This document shows positions 39,601 through 48,700 of a DNA stretch of 64,000 nt, one piece after another. A program made the position numbers and the translations under genes. Each line of letters starts with the position of its first letter. The stretch's first letter is position 1. Under the pieces are notes generated by a model. It was not told the DNA's origin. It saw nothing but the letters and a program-made list of their open reading frames with translations, and did no database searches. Source of the stretch: a virus; the IMG/VR virus record IMGVR_UViG_3300001450_000023, positions 1 through 64,000 of that record; one strand, written 5' to 3'.

Positions 39601-42387
39601 TTCATTATTTTCATTTTGATCTTCTTCAGATAAATTAGCTATATCTTTACCAAGCTCTTTATTTTCCTGCTTGATTGCTTCTTTTTTATTTTTCTCAGCT
39701 TCTTCAAGTTTATCTTTATAATTTTCTTTAAGATTAGTTAAAACTTCATCATCAATTTTACCTTTGTATTTTTTAGAAACATTATCAACAACATCTTGAA
39801 TTTCATTAGCTTTACCTTCAGTTTGTAAAATAGATAATTGTTTTCTTTTATTTTTAAGTTCTTGTATTAATTTAGATTCATAATATAATTCAAGTTGTTT
39901 CTTTTTAGAAACAAAATCATTATATTGTTTATCAACAATTGATTGTTTTCTTTTTAAAAAAGATTGATTAAAAAGTAAAGATTTTAAACCTGCAACTGAA
40001 TCTAATTCAGAAGCTGATTTTTGATATTCATTAAATACTCTTTGTTCCTCTTTTGTTTCAAATTCTTGACCTTCTAATATATTATCTAATGAAGCATCAA
40101 CTTTTTGTTTAGCTTCAGGTATAAATGTTTTTTCTTCTAATTCAGAAATATTTTTATCTTTATCTTTAGAAAATTTATCTAATTTTTTACCATCTCTGCT
40201 AATAATTTTATCATTAATTGATATTTGATTTTCTAATTTATTTATATCAATTGCATTAGCTTCTTGTTTAGATATATTAGAATCTAATTCTGTTTTTAAA
40301 TTCTTATCTTCAGGATTTTGTTTTACTTTTTGTTTTAAAGCTTTTTCTTCTTTTCTTAATTGTATATTTTCACTATTAAGAGTTTTAATTTCTAATTCAC
40401 CTTCTTTATTACTTTCTTGTAATGTTCCAATATTATTATTTAAATCTGATGAATTTTTTTCAAATTCATCTTGCAGTTGTTTCTTTTCTTTTTCTAAATT
40501 TTGTTTAGCTTCTTTATTTGCTTTTCTATTATCTACTTCTGTAGTTGGTAAATTAACTTCATTAGTTAATAAATCTTTTGCAGCTAATGTTCTTTGTTCA
40601 GATATTTTAGTATCTAATTCTGAAATACCTTTCTGCACCATCATTGAATTAGCTCTATTTATATAGACAGCTTCAGCATTATAATAATTTTTATCATAAA
40701 CTTCATTATAAATTTTTTCAAATGATTTAATTTCAGAAACTATTTCAGATGCTCTTCCCCTGACATCTGAATTAAAAGATTCATTACCAGCTATAGTTTC
40801 ATATACTTCATATAATCTATCTGCAGTACCTGTTCTAAAATTTTGTAAAGCTTGGTGATATACAATTTCTTTTTCTAATTGTTCTGCTTGTTCTACCTTA
40901 CCTTGATTTCTTAAAGCTTGAGCATCTTGTCCAATTTCTGCTATTTTTTCATAAGTATTTTGTAAACCTATAACTTGATCAACTGTTGTATTGCCATTTA
41001 TTTGAGGTAATAAATTATTAAGATCACTTACAGCTTTTTCTGCCTTTTCTGCTGCTTCTTTTCTTTTATTATATGTCATTGCATTAGTAACTCCAATTTG
41101 AGTACCAGAACCTATAACAGCAAAGAAAGCACTTTCTAAAGTTTCTTTACTAAAAAAATCATTCCAAGCATCTGATCTATTATAATCCTGTCCTTTACCA
41201 TATGCAGTACCTATTTTAGAAGCATATCTTTCTATAACTGCTTCTTCTATAACTTCTTGTCCAGCTTCAAATGCAAAAGTCTTTGCAAAACCTTTTTGTC
41301 CTCCAAGTAATCCCCCCAATCTAGCTGCTTGTGTTGGAGCACCTTGTGATACCATTCCTGCAATACCTCTTGTTGCTAATAAACTCCCAGTAAAATTTAA
41401 AAAGAAAGAAGCTGCATTTATTTTCATAGTTAAATCAGCACCAGCAATAGAATTATCTCTTGCTTGTTGAACTATATCAGCATTATCTTGCACCCATGCA
41501 GAACCCCATTCTTCTGAAGATTGTTGAGCAAATTCTTTAGCAGCAGTTTGTAATTGTTCAGGAGAAAGTTTATTTTTATTTTTTTGTGCAAAATCAGCAT
41601 AGGCTTTTCTATATGCATTTTCTTTACCTGAAGTATATCCATTTTCATCCATATGATGTTTAAAAACAGTATCATATGTTTCTTTACCAAGCATTGATGA
41701 TATACCTTGTGTCATTAATGCAGAAGTAACAGCCCCAGTAATTCTCTTCTTAGCTTTTTCTCCTAGTTTTGTAGCTTTACCTAATTTACCAAGTCCTTTA
41801 AATGTTGCTTGACCAATTTTTGTACTAATACCACCAAAACTTGCTAAACTACCTATTACAGCAGAAGTTCCATTTAAACCCCAATTTAACCAATCTGATC
41901 TAGTATTTATTTGATTATCTTGAACAAATCCTTTTATTGCATCATTGACATCATTATTAGCTATCCAATTACCTACATAATCTTCCCCATCCCCAATAAA
42001 ACTATTGTCTATTAATTTAGATATTTCAGATAATCCTTTTGTTCCTGTTACTATTGATAAAGCATTACCAACATAAGGTATTTTTTCAACAGCATCTAAT
42101 GTATGATGCCAATCACCAACATCTAAAATTCCACCTACAAAATCTAAAGTAGAACTTAATATAGTACCAACAGTATTACCAGTAAGTTTAGCTCCTGTAG
42201 TAAAAAAATTATCATATTCTTTAGGATTTTTTTCAGCTTCAGCTATTTTTTTTTCAGCAACTTTTTTTGTTACAACAGGAGTAAATGATGTAAGTTGAGG
42301 TAAACCAGTTCCAGCTTCAACTGCTTCTTTTTCTGAAGTCTGCAAATCATTACTTATACTTTGAAGTATATTATTAGGATCTGACAT
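27628..42387 (-). CDS. Giant virion-packaged RNA polymerase polyprotein (crAss-like vRNAP with zincin and ART-like domains)
   Basis: 4919 aa; RTPTSSHQS followed by GLDFDIDK (32410-32424), TDAQEY, QPMKPVY; HELIH zincin at 29737-29751; DFDID is the known active-site variant of crAss-like phi14:2 gp66. Confidence 0.9.
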   Translation of the reverse strand: MSDPNNILQSISNDLQTSEKEAVEAGTGLPQLTSFTPVVTKKVAEKKIAEAEKNPKEYDNFFTTGAKLTGNTVGTILSSTLDFVGGILDVGDWHHTLDAVEKIPYVGNALSIVTGTKGLSEISKLIDNSFIGDGEDYVGNWIANNDVNDAIKGFVQDNQINTRSDWLNWGLNGTSAVIGSLASFGGISTKIGQATFKGLGKLGKATKLGEKAKKRITGAVTSALMTQGISSMLGKETYDTVFKHHMDENGYTSGKENAYRKAYADFAQKNKNKLSPEQLQTAAKEFAQQSSEEWGSAWVQDNADIVQQARDNSIAGADLTMKINAASFFLNFTGSLLATRGIAGMVSQGAPTQAARLGGLLGGQKGFAKTFAFEAGQEVIEEAVIERYASKIGTAYGKGQDYNRSDAWNDFFSKETLESAFFAVIGSGTQIGVTNAMTYNKRKEAAEKAEKAVSDLNNLLPQINGNTTVDQVIGLQNTYEKIAEIGQDAQALRNQGKVEQAEQLEKEIVYHQALQNFRTGTADRLYEVYETIAGNESFNSDVRGRASEIVSEIKSFEKIYNEVYDKNYYNAEAVYINRANSMMVQKGISELDTKISEQRTLAAKDLLTNEVNLPTTEVDNRKANKEAKQNLEKEKKQLQDEFEKNSSDLNNNIGTLQESNKEGELEIKTLNSENIQLRKEEKALKQKVKQNPEDKNLKTELDSNISKQEANAIDINKLENQISINDKIISRDGKKLDKFSKDKDKNISELEEKTFIPEAKQKVDASLDNILEGQEFETKEEQRVFNEYQKSASELDSVAGLKSLLFNQSFLKRKQSIVDKQYNDFVSKKKQLELYYESKLIQELKNKRKQLSILQTEGKANEIQDVVDNVSKKYKGKIDDEVLTNLKENYKDKLEEAEKNKKEAIKQENKELGKDIANLSEEDQNENNELYELFHEENYTDEEAHESNVIEQGINNTNSELKSGINNLLGITPNDKPITSTEGSETESELENDLEAGSFSPIVLTEEQLKNQFENVINKISIQENNVEPTFETFVKYFIDTAGKDRVETQWDFITKGYKLVKGDANFKEIYNKYFVGPEQDILSLLDYDSGYQNKTESKKLIDKVSDRVEEVSQEESAIETSYSVENVPLTFVNFQKDKNGNYDYSKLQPGTDTPGANYILDPSSYLPGEQLTIQPFSTDKIDNILVLDDEIDNKSTLSDTDTYSPEEDKEQSYITFKEFVEKYKISVADDLYWKKIPLAVSDASGNIIAIIQDPSYLKNSNNKSLGVEDRLLQIEKLNNIRAKLKNLYSNTDKDLKLTAKITNKTNGSLGASQSAAGESGTFKIPELKDYYIAIKARNGDFIYYDKNGKVVNLPEAQTGDHTIKGKSNFTFVVVPGNTSVKVGDKNVPKYVIYPTLNSQISENQSDTLKNLMLFHMFYSGKNEYRTMYDSFVDTYNSENDTKLPTMNQFDKMVEAAKAVGIDLTDANTIKNIFKKTTRIAKGNPSIENNNFDKALKNGSADSLLVSMPKTGSATHQYMILVGKKMSDGTTKTLKFGKYSIAKQVQNLKTQDQFNNFFNERIKKFHDNSSIIKDLAGASNFETLNNRIDLPTFDITGNEELTFKKTHSNYIEHISNNLEINLKPFQYETRDGKSKTTFTTNPSIEISIESDEAQVQPASNEQVLEEVHEVKDVVLDEEYNNFVDNGVVTEDRINSIANKIKNDEQLTSREKAILNNKTSEVEEILKKLKAQEQSGNKTEPEIVKVKGFRTEGTFSSKVENAQRGAGRYIALDEAFQDSTEGQVTEVEIQYDASKNLDATTEEGQEEFMKISQRAQEGKTFSTMQEKNEAVRQGMLDAGYTSLIGYINNDTKTNRELVIYKTQISKQALQNKIDNELRSIDEIEGQLMIFSPVEISGESAEEISEVLNKHSGIQVHHFNSLVDYSYNAITKYKRDNRDKPLIASELKEEIDNQLSNYVDVKKQHYLERIEQIKELIGDEKQKDEYIRKYEHLIDYLNNISNNKEGIIEEALKKTNLKEVSTPDKFEENQSEENQKEKNYSQNALEEGGKNSISAEVRELLTGIKEVDKDFNTMTDFLGLPSVIPVDTTVEILQQILSNAGGSKKVQLATLNQYVKAFPFLQEVIDKFNAEPEKVQNQFLSFFDKSKLNMKFVMFSIDSKGKPHVKVMNSNSSEVANIILKRFENNLKDSSLIERDDNGVYTYNINEVDRVIKRLNNIYEKPGGKIVRKRTQAKIDDFDKDIKNQNLASLQKAGIQLTEGSTFIKDNKVYSIVNDKVKETPSALSLYDRLGKKIDLDNSIKELQSVLEEVGIVLSSDNIKNIIDNGIYINSENSRKTFQESFGQASPLSLIKIIKDKLSSINKDNNLVEDNNILKETILKNYAIEEALFANTISPTSFRVAKKTLQTHINKTYIKEREQELKNDPFLRKQLLQQAFSKHSMLLELLENTKLRNTFSIDYLSLESIKQRKQKAYQGTKLQDLSEADHEMVKLGLYTDMKQGAFKGQNYQGVLLRTATYLGLTNSDKSNINTISMPTLDFRKADDFILKEDGDVVPGENMINILYEQTVLPEFERITNFLNEKIGSNIKGYNKGAGSFLMFPNLNSLIIDYKGKKKTLTELANDIEGFPKLMQQYLNNDKENLKNTNPDEFNFLENFEKEAKNYLTKTVGIQYKQKLNDWETYNIVESSPLGELKVYDNKLLDVDYLNKFNSIDPNLSDNNKIIYSAIEFVVNNMISNSNQFMLLAGDPAMYYKRSKADNFADISKNTAENINKRLAAMIAPGNKLADSDQEQYIQIFVNDLEGPANNLASLTKLLDNKTFDQNEYDRVKNDSDKLDAFINKYPNTKPFFNIESTDAQEYTTWKEHVHVLEKLGKANPGLIDSARLENAIELVESGKALKDMNAEEKELIAFVYQPMKPVYTGQIIEGTQDNPLFRTVYIKSSSIPLLPQITEGTQLDVVRQAMEKLEAKSGDKKVRLSYNTANKVGANSNSATIFDDNGNIMQNDVDTLVKEFENSSLLLDRKNFRIQQEVPYKGKKDTVSQGTQTTKLLFGNGVTSMKGFQYKGESIDGSALERKFFDNFNDLLDLEKETLYDELGIDVKTGIPKDIEKTANKLKKLLKEEAEERNYEQQVVDSLEIDYTYAKDGSGKITGYQFKLPLWLSPSSNNLEALLNSVVSNRIAKLKFPGNTFVVSSPEGYKQVTEVSEDIENQIIYLDENFDGDLKGIQINKDGSIVHKTQVYLPSRFKDSKGNLIDLFDGYVELKNDKYVLKKDKFDKELLSNISFRTPTSSHQSMLDVEIVGFLPPKAGDLMVVPRNTLTQVGLDFDIDKQTNYSLYHYVDKNGNIKVISDNVEKIQSELDSKTPKSPERIKELKDRLKKIYKNNIVKIHSSVLSNPKMQSKISKALSMEWEKGQAQKIDDLVTFANADDINTGESFTMLSDSYQKNLVKLGASGKVGIGAYSIDVVFHSLLNQNSIATSQNSFGSITSNKFYGDLKTAGPNQRDISDVLTARQNLATDNAKEQALEKLFLNKETFDVDKVMTLMGFDKDENGNSIVGLFLNQPIIRDYVNTLINLNSIIAPYVEDKQAEALKIVYDKYIGDDSDTLLILSQFDLKNALMPEDAALIKRAIDNEFKEINGSVLQQQIQNKGNDPKTQYLILERFLDYNTQGKQLRKVQSLLNIDSQGLGKSFFDVIAKKQKFESLFLEDPSLSKIAGADVRKSKEVYSPFLKLFGKVSEKSQAEEGDVVILEREGTVLTFTPTTIAGKMIANSVYSAHELWQQHFPYDQGNLSNALSQIASLRNIDSTNELQVIEANQKTKKEFTKLINSSNLSLFSTDNVFDERQRSFTEKDGESLAKYLNSLNGSDDMIVKAMVLKNPLIKSFEYEIDNDNGLSLIKYNNATSQDLDKTRLYNSIPTLIQRNLPLPPFNGKPYTTRMLAQDLVNYSLLEGGVQEAIQFSKFIPVSYLLATGYDSVAYNENSDLNSMVQPIASDENKNEYPSRWQIQYFQHNTNELQSPPRKPKYNSKDQTISFPLANSKNKAELEYYAGMYKFKVEGERYPFYRIGPNKWKRADKLSTFGTNEYDINTSNDSIVTILKSKEEKNDLIEKGIEDKYAGMESSSDSIEESSAVNTKNHIKDGNLQKSIDSIVNADLGNLSYLAETLNQILPDDIKLVVRDLTKYKAAGAYLNNTIYIDSKFLNTNDESTVAEKLIHELIHAVTETTLEKYVEIEQDGRANLKSVPDIPKPVRDLVTVFNYARGKFEKDNPGVIASTIVKRDNFEGLSNNEYTAYGLTNLKEFLSLLSNDNFRAELDKMGYKNSGESVLQRIKKVLIDLVNNVKTSLNLDAENVDVLSAAFDSLFQIAEIQTKKKITSIQPDINDADKVINDVNNLLDTKKDEFNITIGKLPYTIKDVNTNPKLFNSSQEEITDELQIAKGVANYLYQYDKSEYNKRFFSDNDLQKNNITTYAGNDVFMIDNNKALVISRNKVVEELREPGQDLRNLYAGKPIIQSKLQIDEQIENKEQEIAIKERELNQLQMESEMLDTNPYLFILDNLPKITPDSAQKETGGKIGSKKDINPSFIGKKGVSVERAAEDMMIPAEKAGVVLSEMEIRDEIIEILLTGKKKYKQLRGDVKNSEMVALKSEIKILENELTELKKDKKNGGEQLTLFSPSIDDSSVIESLNNLTDKFMDLEWKMEGYGDRETYYGIESDIIKQNKISDEIKTIINNPINQLELFSLGNNMATIFELFPPEMQNLTIRVKIPLKSVVEKFGSDNRYQNYFKTSDNKYYENNQYGLEDYGKVEEISEKEYREAFSNASTTGYGVIVSQDIIPFDFEKIIKKLDINNQFSEEEINNLVQLYESNDTDNKTLAGDIIKGRLEGEWGYYDAQNRIEAAVMEAGNKKQIENLIDKSENNCR

Positions 42388-42404
42388 TAATATTTATTTT
42401 TTAA

Positions 42405-45400
42405 TTAATCTACAAAATTTGTTCTAGCAGTATAAAAGTTATTTATACCTTGTATGCTTGCAGGTTTTATTCCATCTTTATATATAATATTTCCATCTTT
42501 ATCATATATAATATTTCCATCTTTATCTTCTTTTGGTGTTGCTTTAATAAGTTTATCTAATTCAGCATGATCTGTAAAGTTTGTTAATGATTGAAATGGA
42601 ACTACATAAAATACAGCTTGCCCATTTTCAACTTTAGTTACAGTCATATATTTTTTATTATTACCTTTATGTACAAAGGTACTATTTGGTACTTTCATAA
42701 TCAAATTAGAACTAGAATTACTTTTGGTTTGGCTTTCTATACTTTCTTTTGCTATAGCAAATGGGGCAGTTTGTGAAAACTTTTTCATATGCTTATTATA
42801 TCTTTCTGGACTAATTGCATCTGTCATTGCATCATAGTTTGCCCCTTTAACATCTGGCCCTAATGTTTGAGTTATTGTATGCTTTCTAACAGTTCCTTCA
42901 GGTATTGTTTCTGTTTTACTCTTATCTACTTCAGGTGAATTTTCTTTAACTGGTTCACCAGCTTTATTATAATATTGTTTAACTTCATCATTAACACCAA
43001 TTTCAATATCATATACTAAATGCATACCTGGTTGTCCATCTATTACAGTTTCTGTAACCATAGGACTACTTATATAAAAGTTTACAGGAACACCATTAGA
43101 TACAAACCCAATAGTATTTACTGCTGTTTCATTAGTTAGTTCATTCATTTGACCTTCTGTCACTTGTTTTACAGCCACTTGTTCAGTTATCATATCTTGT
43201 GTAAGATTATCAAAATTTGTAAGAACTGTTCTTAGTGGACTATTTTCATCATATTTATTAGCAAGTAATTTTATCTTTGTACCAAGATTATCTTTTACTT
43301 TATTGATTGATATTTTCTTACCATCATAAACTCTATCATGTAACCAGTTTCTAAAGTTTTGTTTTGTTTGATCATTAACAAAAGTTTCATTCTTACTATC
43401 TGTTTTTGTTGGTAATATTTCAATAGGAGTATTAGTTCTAGTACTTTTTGTTTTATTAATATTATCACTTTGATTTAAATAACCTACAGTAGTACCAAAA
43501 AGATTCTTATTAAGCCATTTTGAAGCACCTTCATAATCCATTTGTTCAGAACCTCCTGGATCTACAAAAGTTTGACTAATATGAGAATATGCAGAATTCA
43601 TTTCTGAACCAACACCATTAACATATGATTCTTGAAAAGGTATATTTGAAACAATATTAGTGTTTAATAATCTTTGTAACTCAGGATTTGCTTTAGTAGC
43701 TTGTTTCATTTCTGCTTGTAAATTTCTTTGTAATTTTTCTTTCTCAAGTAATTGATTTTGATATGCAACACCTCCTGCACCTGCTGCATAATCAGCATCT
43801 AATTTATCTAATTTTTTGTCATAATCCTTCATTATTTTTTGTGCCTCAATATAATGTACTGGCCAAAATCCTTTTCCTCTTTCCATCATTAATTGAGTTG
43901 TATAGCCACCTCTTCCCCCTCTTGCTTTCGGATCCCATACTCTAATTTTGTTTTTTGCTGAGACGGTAGCTTTCATCTCAGCTAGTTGTTTAACTCTTTC
44001 TTGCCATAAGGCTTTCTTCTTTTTAGAATGATCCTCATGTAAATTCATACCCTTATCCCATCTATCTTGTAGAGTTAAAGTTTCTTTTAATTCTTCTGGA
44101 ATATTATGATAATCTTCTGTTAAAATATCATAGTCTGAATTACCAGCTAAAATATCATTTTTAATTCTATCTAACTCTTGAAGATTATCATTAGTTCTAT
44201 CTGTTAAACCTTTAATTTTAGCTATATTATTTTCTCTAGTTGTTACATAAGATTCATTATATTTTCCAAACTGAGCTATATCATTATCAGTTAACTTAAT
44301 TAATGGGTTAGCTTTAAAAAATGCTTTTTTATCATTAACCTGTTTGTATGTTTTATTAATATTATCAGCTTCCCATTTTGCTAAAGCTTTTTCTGCATAA
44401 TCCTCATTAACTTTTTCTATTTCTTTTTTGTAACCATCCCAATTACCAGTTCTTTGACTTTCACTTTTTGCTTCAAATAATTGATTTGTATAATTAACAC
44501 CACTATCATCTCCTAATGTAGCTGAAGCAATTTCTTGAGCACTATTATGTTTTAAATCTAAAGTTTGATCATATTCTACTAAATCTTCAGCTTCAGTTTT
44601 AATATTTAATAATGTTCCTGAATAAGTACCACTAATTGGCTTATTATTAGCATCATAAGCATCAGAATTTTTAGCACCTTCAGGAGTTACTGGATCTACA
44701 TATGATCCAATATCAGAAGTAATTTCCAAACCTCTAGAAGTAGAATTTATTTGAGTTCCATCTGATGAACCACTACCAGATCCTGTAGTATCACCTATTT
44801 TTTTCTTAGTTGCTTCTTGTTCTTCATAAGCATATTTAGATATACCATAATCTATCATAGCTTGCTTTTTAGCTAATACTTGTTCTGATAAAAATCCTGG
44901 TATGCCTTGTGCTTGTCTAGTTCCAAAATATTCATTAATAACAGGATTAGCATTAATATATTCAACAATTATATTATTAACTTCAGTTTCTGTTAATTCT
45001 TTTTTTGATCCTGATTCCAAAAATGTTAATTTACCTTCTGGTGTTTCTTCTACTGTTACACCTGATCCTACATTTTGAAGATAAGTATTAATATTAGTAC
45101 CTTTCATTGCTTTATCTACTTCATTAGTACCTATAATAGCATCAGAAACAAATCCAGTTTGATATGCACCTGACATATCTCCTGCTTCACCTTTAGTTCC
45201 AAATTTACTAAAATCTGCATCAAACTTATTTAACAAAGCATCTGCATGTGATTGACTTATTCCAGCTTCACCTTTTGCTGCAGTAAATGCTTCAACCATT
45301 TTATCTAACTTTTGTTTATAAGTTTGCCTTGTTGCATAATTAGATTCAATAGCTGCCCAGGTTCCTCTGGTTTTATCTTTCCATATTTCTTTACTAACTT

Positions 45401-45683
45401 TTGAAAGTTCTCCAGGATTATTTATATACTTTAAAGCATTTTCTCTTAGGTCAGTAGTTTTTTCATCTATTATACCTTCATAATCAGAAATTATTTTTTT
45501 ACTTAATTCATCATCAGCACTAAGTTTATTCATTTGTAATTTTTGATACAAAGTATCATAACCCATTTCTTGTTGAGCTAAACTTTGATCAGCTACTTGT
45601 TGAGCCTTTAATAACATATTACTAGGCTGCTGATACATGAAATCTAAATAATTTCCTTTAGTACTTTTATAAAATCTTCCCAT
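42405..45683 (-). CDS. Virion cargo protein
   Basis: 1092 aa in the cargo cluster upstream of vRNAP; helical N-terminus MGRFY...Y.QP. Confidence 0.65.
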   Translation of the reverse strand: MGRFYKSTKGNYLDFMYQQPSNMLLKAQQVADQSLAQQEMGYDTLYQKLQMNKLSADDELSKKIISDYEGIIDEKTTDLRENALKYINNPGELSKVSKEIWKDKTRGTWAAIESNYATRQTYKQKLDKMVEAFTAAKGEAGISQSHADALLNKFDADFSKFGTKGEAGDMSGAYQTGFVSDAIIGTNEVDKAMKGTNINTYLQNVGSGVTVEETPEGKLTFLESGSKKELTETEVNNIIVEYINANPVINEYFGTRQAQGIPGFLSEQVLAKKQAMIDYGISKYAYEEQEATKKKIGDTTGSGSGSSDGTQINSTSRGLEITSDIGSYVDPVTPEGAKNSDAYDANNKPISGTYSGTLLNIKTEAEDLVEYDQTLDLKHNSAQEIASATLGDDSGVNYTNQLFEAKSESQRTGNWDGYKKEIEKVNEDYAEKALAKWEADNINKTYKQVNDKKAFFKANPLIKLTDNDIAQFGKYNESYVTTRENNIAKIKGLTDRTNDNLQELDRIKNDILAGNSDYDILTEDYHNIPEELKETLTLQDRWDKGMNLHEDHSKKKKALWQERVKQLAEMKATVSAKNKIRVWDPKARGGRGGYTTQLMMERGKGFWPVHYIEAQKIMKDYDKKLDKLDADYAAGAGGVAYQNQLLEKEKLQRNLQAEMKQATKANPELQRLLNTNIVSNIPFQESYVNGVGSEMNSAYSHISQTFVDPGGSEQMDYEGASKWLNKNLFGTTVGYLNQSDNINKTKSTRTNTPIEILPTKTDSKNETFVNDQTKQNFRNWLHDRVYDGKKISINKVKDNLGTKIKLLANKYDENSPLRTVLTNFDNLTQDMITEQVAVKQVTEGQMNELTNETAVNTIGFVSNGVPVNFYISSPMVTETVIDGQPGMHLVYDIEIGVNDEVKQYYNKAGEPVKENSPEVDKSKTETIPEGTVRKHTITQTLGPDVKGANYDAMTDAISPERYNKHMKKFSQTAPFAIAKESIESQTKSNSSSNLIMKVPNSTFVHKGNNKKYMTVTKVENGQAVFYVVPFQSLTNFTDHAELDKLIKATPKEDKDGNIIYDKDGNIIYKDGIKPASIQGINNFYTARTNFVD
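42480..42527. repeat. 24-bp perfect tandem duplication (DKDGNIIY x2)
   Basis: atatataatatttccatctttatc twice, in frame. Confidence 0.85.
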
Positions 45684-45739
45684 TATCTATATTGTTGTAA
45701 ATTTTAAAATCCTTGTTTACTAGTAACACTAGTTTTTTA

Positions 45740-48700
45740 CTAATTACTTTTTTTCACCTCTGTTGTTGCATCTTCTTCAGTTGTTGTTTCTTTTTTAGCT
45801 GTTTCTTCTTGTTCAAATTGTTTAATTATTCTTTGCACTTCTTTTGCAGTAGATGATGTACCAGTTGCTACTTGATAATATTCATAATTTCCTCTAGCAT
45901 CTTTTCTTATACCAATACCATATGGACTAAGCATAGGCATTAATTTATTAATATCTCTATCATATTCTTTAGCATTTAATCCTTTACCACCAGCTTGCAT
46001 TGCAGCACCCATGTTAGCAACATCTTGATTAAGAGCTGTAAAGAATGCATCTTTATCTGCTGTATCTTTATCTGCTGCTTCTGTAGCACCTTTAGCTTCA
46101 TATAATCCTTGTTGAAATTTAAGTTGTGAAAGTTGATTATCTACACCTACCATCCCAACAGCATATTGTTGATATGCTTTATTTAACATATCATTAGCTT
46201 GCATGTTACTCATTTGCCCTAAAGATCTTTGTTGATTAACACTTCTAGCAGTACTATTAAATCTTCTTCTAGCATTTCTAGCAAATTCACCAATCTTAGC
46301 TTCTTGCATATTAAACTGTTGTCCTAAGAAACCTTTTGTTCCTTCTAATGTATTAATAGCTTCTTGTCCAAATTGTTCATAAAAGTTTTGATTAGGTTTA
46401 TCAGTAGCTCTACTCATAAATGTTGTAGCCATAGGTCCAAGTCCACTTACAGCAGTTCCCATTAAACCTAATTTATCACCTAAAGTAAATTCATAAGGTT
46501 TTTCTTCTTGTCCTTGTGTTGTACTTGCAGCTTTTTCAGCAGCTATTTCATCTAAAAGAGATGTAGTATCTTCTGAGAATTTATTATTACTTAAAGGTTC
46601 ATCAATAAGTTTTACTGTAGTAGGATCATAATTTGTACTTATAGATTGTACATCAATAGGCTTCATTTTAATTGGATCATAGTTTTTTGTACTTGTATAT
46701 TCAAAATCAGTAGGAACATTAATACCTAAATCAACAGGTTTCATTGTAATAGGATCATATTTTTTTCTACTTGTATCTGGAACTGTAGTAAATGCTGCAA
46801 ATTCATCACCAGGGTAATTAATATTATTTTGTGCTATTAAATTTTCTAAATCTTCAGCTTCTTTATTTCCTTGAGCAGCATATTGAGCACCAGATACCCA
46901 CTCTGACATTGTCATATTATTTTCTCCAAAGTTATTAAAAATACTAGGATATGTTCCATTTTGATATTTATGAACTTTACCACCATTAGCATAATCCATA
47001 TTTTTAACCATTCCACCACCAGGATATTTCATTTCCCTAGTCATTTTCCTAGTCTTACCTCCATACTTAGAAAGATATGTACCTAAACCTTTTAAGTTTT
47101 CTATAGCACTAACTTCTGCCTGAACTCTTTGCATTGCTCCATCTTGAATTTCTACAGTTTCTTTTGCTCTATTGTAACTTGCTAATAGTAAAGGATCAGT
47201 TGGATTTTCTTTAATTTTATCTTCTAAAGATTTTATATATCCTGCACTCTTTAATTTTTCAGCTGCCATAGTTTTATTTTTTTTATTTTTAATTCTTTTA
47301 GAATATATTTCAGTTTCTTCAGGAATTATTTCATTAGTCATATTATCATCTTTATCACCAACTTGAAACTTAATTCCACTTTCTTTTGTAGGATCATCAC
47401 TATGGTCAGGTCCTACAAATTCTCCAACTTCACCATTAGGTGTTTCAAAAGCTTCACCACCTTCTACTTCTGCTATTGTTTCTTTTTTAATATTACCACC
47501 AGCATAAAATTTAGCAGTTAATCCAACATCTGCCCCTTTAAATCCTTTTTTAAAATCTCCTTTAACACTACCTGTTATATCAATATTTTCAGTTAAAGGA
47601 TATTGTCCTTTAACTTTAAAATTAGGTGAAAAAGTTTCATCATATATATTTTGTTCTAAAGAACCTGATACTGAACCATCACCCACTTTTCCTTTTGCAG
47701 AAACAAACATATTTCCTGGATAAGACATTCCTGTATTAAATTTAAGATTTGGATCATTTTTCTTTGAATATATAGGTAAATTTAATTCAGGAATACCATA
47801 CATATCAACAAATGACTGTTGTCCTAAAAAATCAATTGAATTATCAGCTGTATTTTTAAGAGGATCTCCTTCTATTTTACCACCATCAGCATAAAATTTA
47901 AACCAATCAAGTCCTCTTTTTTGATTCATATTAGGCATTTGAGAAGATTTAGAAGGTGTTGTTTTAATAAGTGAATCATCTTTTTTAGAAGTTTTCTTTT
48001 CTGAATAAGTTTCTGGAGCATTAACACTTCCACTATATTCTTGCAATTCTTCAGGTGATAAAAGTTCACTTTTTTCTACTTGCTCTTGTCTTTCTTGTAC
48101 TGGTTGTTGTTGAGTAGAACCTTGTGTATTATTTTTTGTATTATTTTGTGTATTACTTGCTCCTTGAATTTGAACTCCCATTCCTGGAAAGTATTCTTCT
48201 AATATAGGTAATGTAGTATTATTATATAAATTAATAAGTTTTTGATTATAAGTAGGAGAAGTAGCATATCCTCCTTCTGCCACAGCAGTAAAATATTTTC
48301 CAGGATCTCCTAAACTTTCTGCACTACCTCTTTTTGCATATCTAGGTATAGTAATTAATTTTATTTGTGCCATCATCCCCTCTTCAGGAGTTTCAAATTT
48401 TCTAAAAGGAGTTTTTACTTTATATTCAAGTTTACCAGTTTTTTTATCTACTTTACCAGTAGGCCCCATAAGACTATTTTCTTTTCTTTTAGCTGCCCAC
48501 TTGTCAGCTTCTTCTTTATTTTTAAAATACTCTCTTGTTTCTTCTATTGTAAAAGGTTGTTTACCTCTAGCTTTAATTCCACCATAATTATGATTTTTAG
48601 TTGCTAAACCATTACCTTCTACATAACCAGTTTCAAGAGCTACTTGAGTTGCAACAGCACCAACATCTACATTGATACCAAGTTTTTCTGCTGCTGCTTG

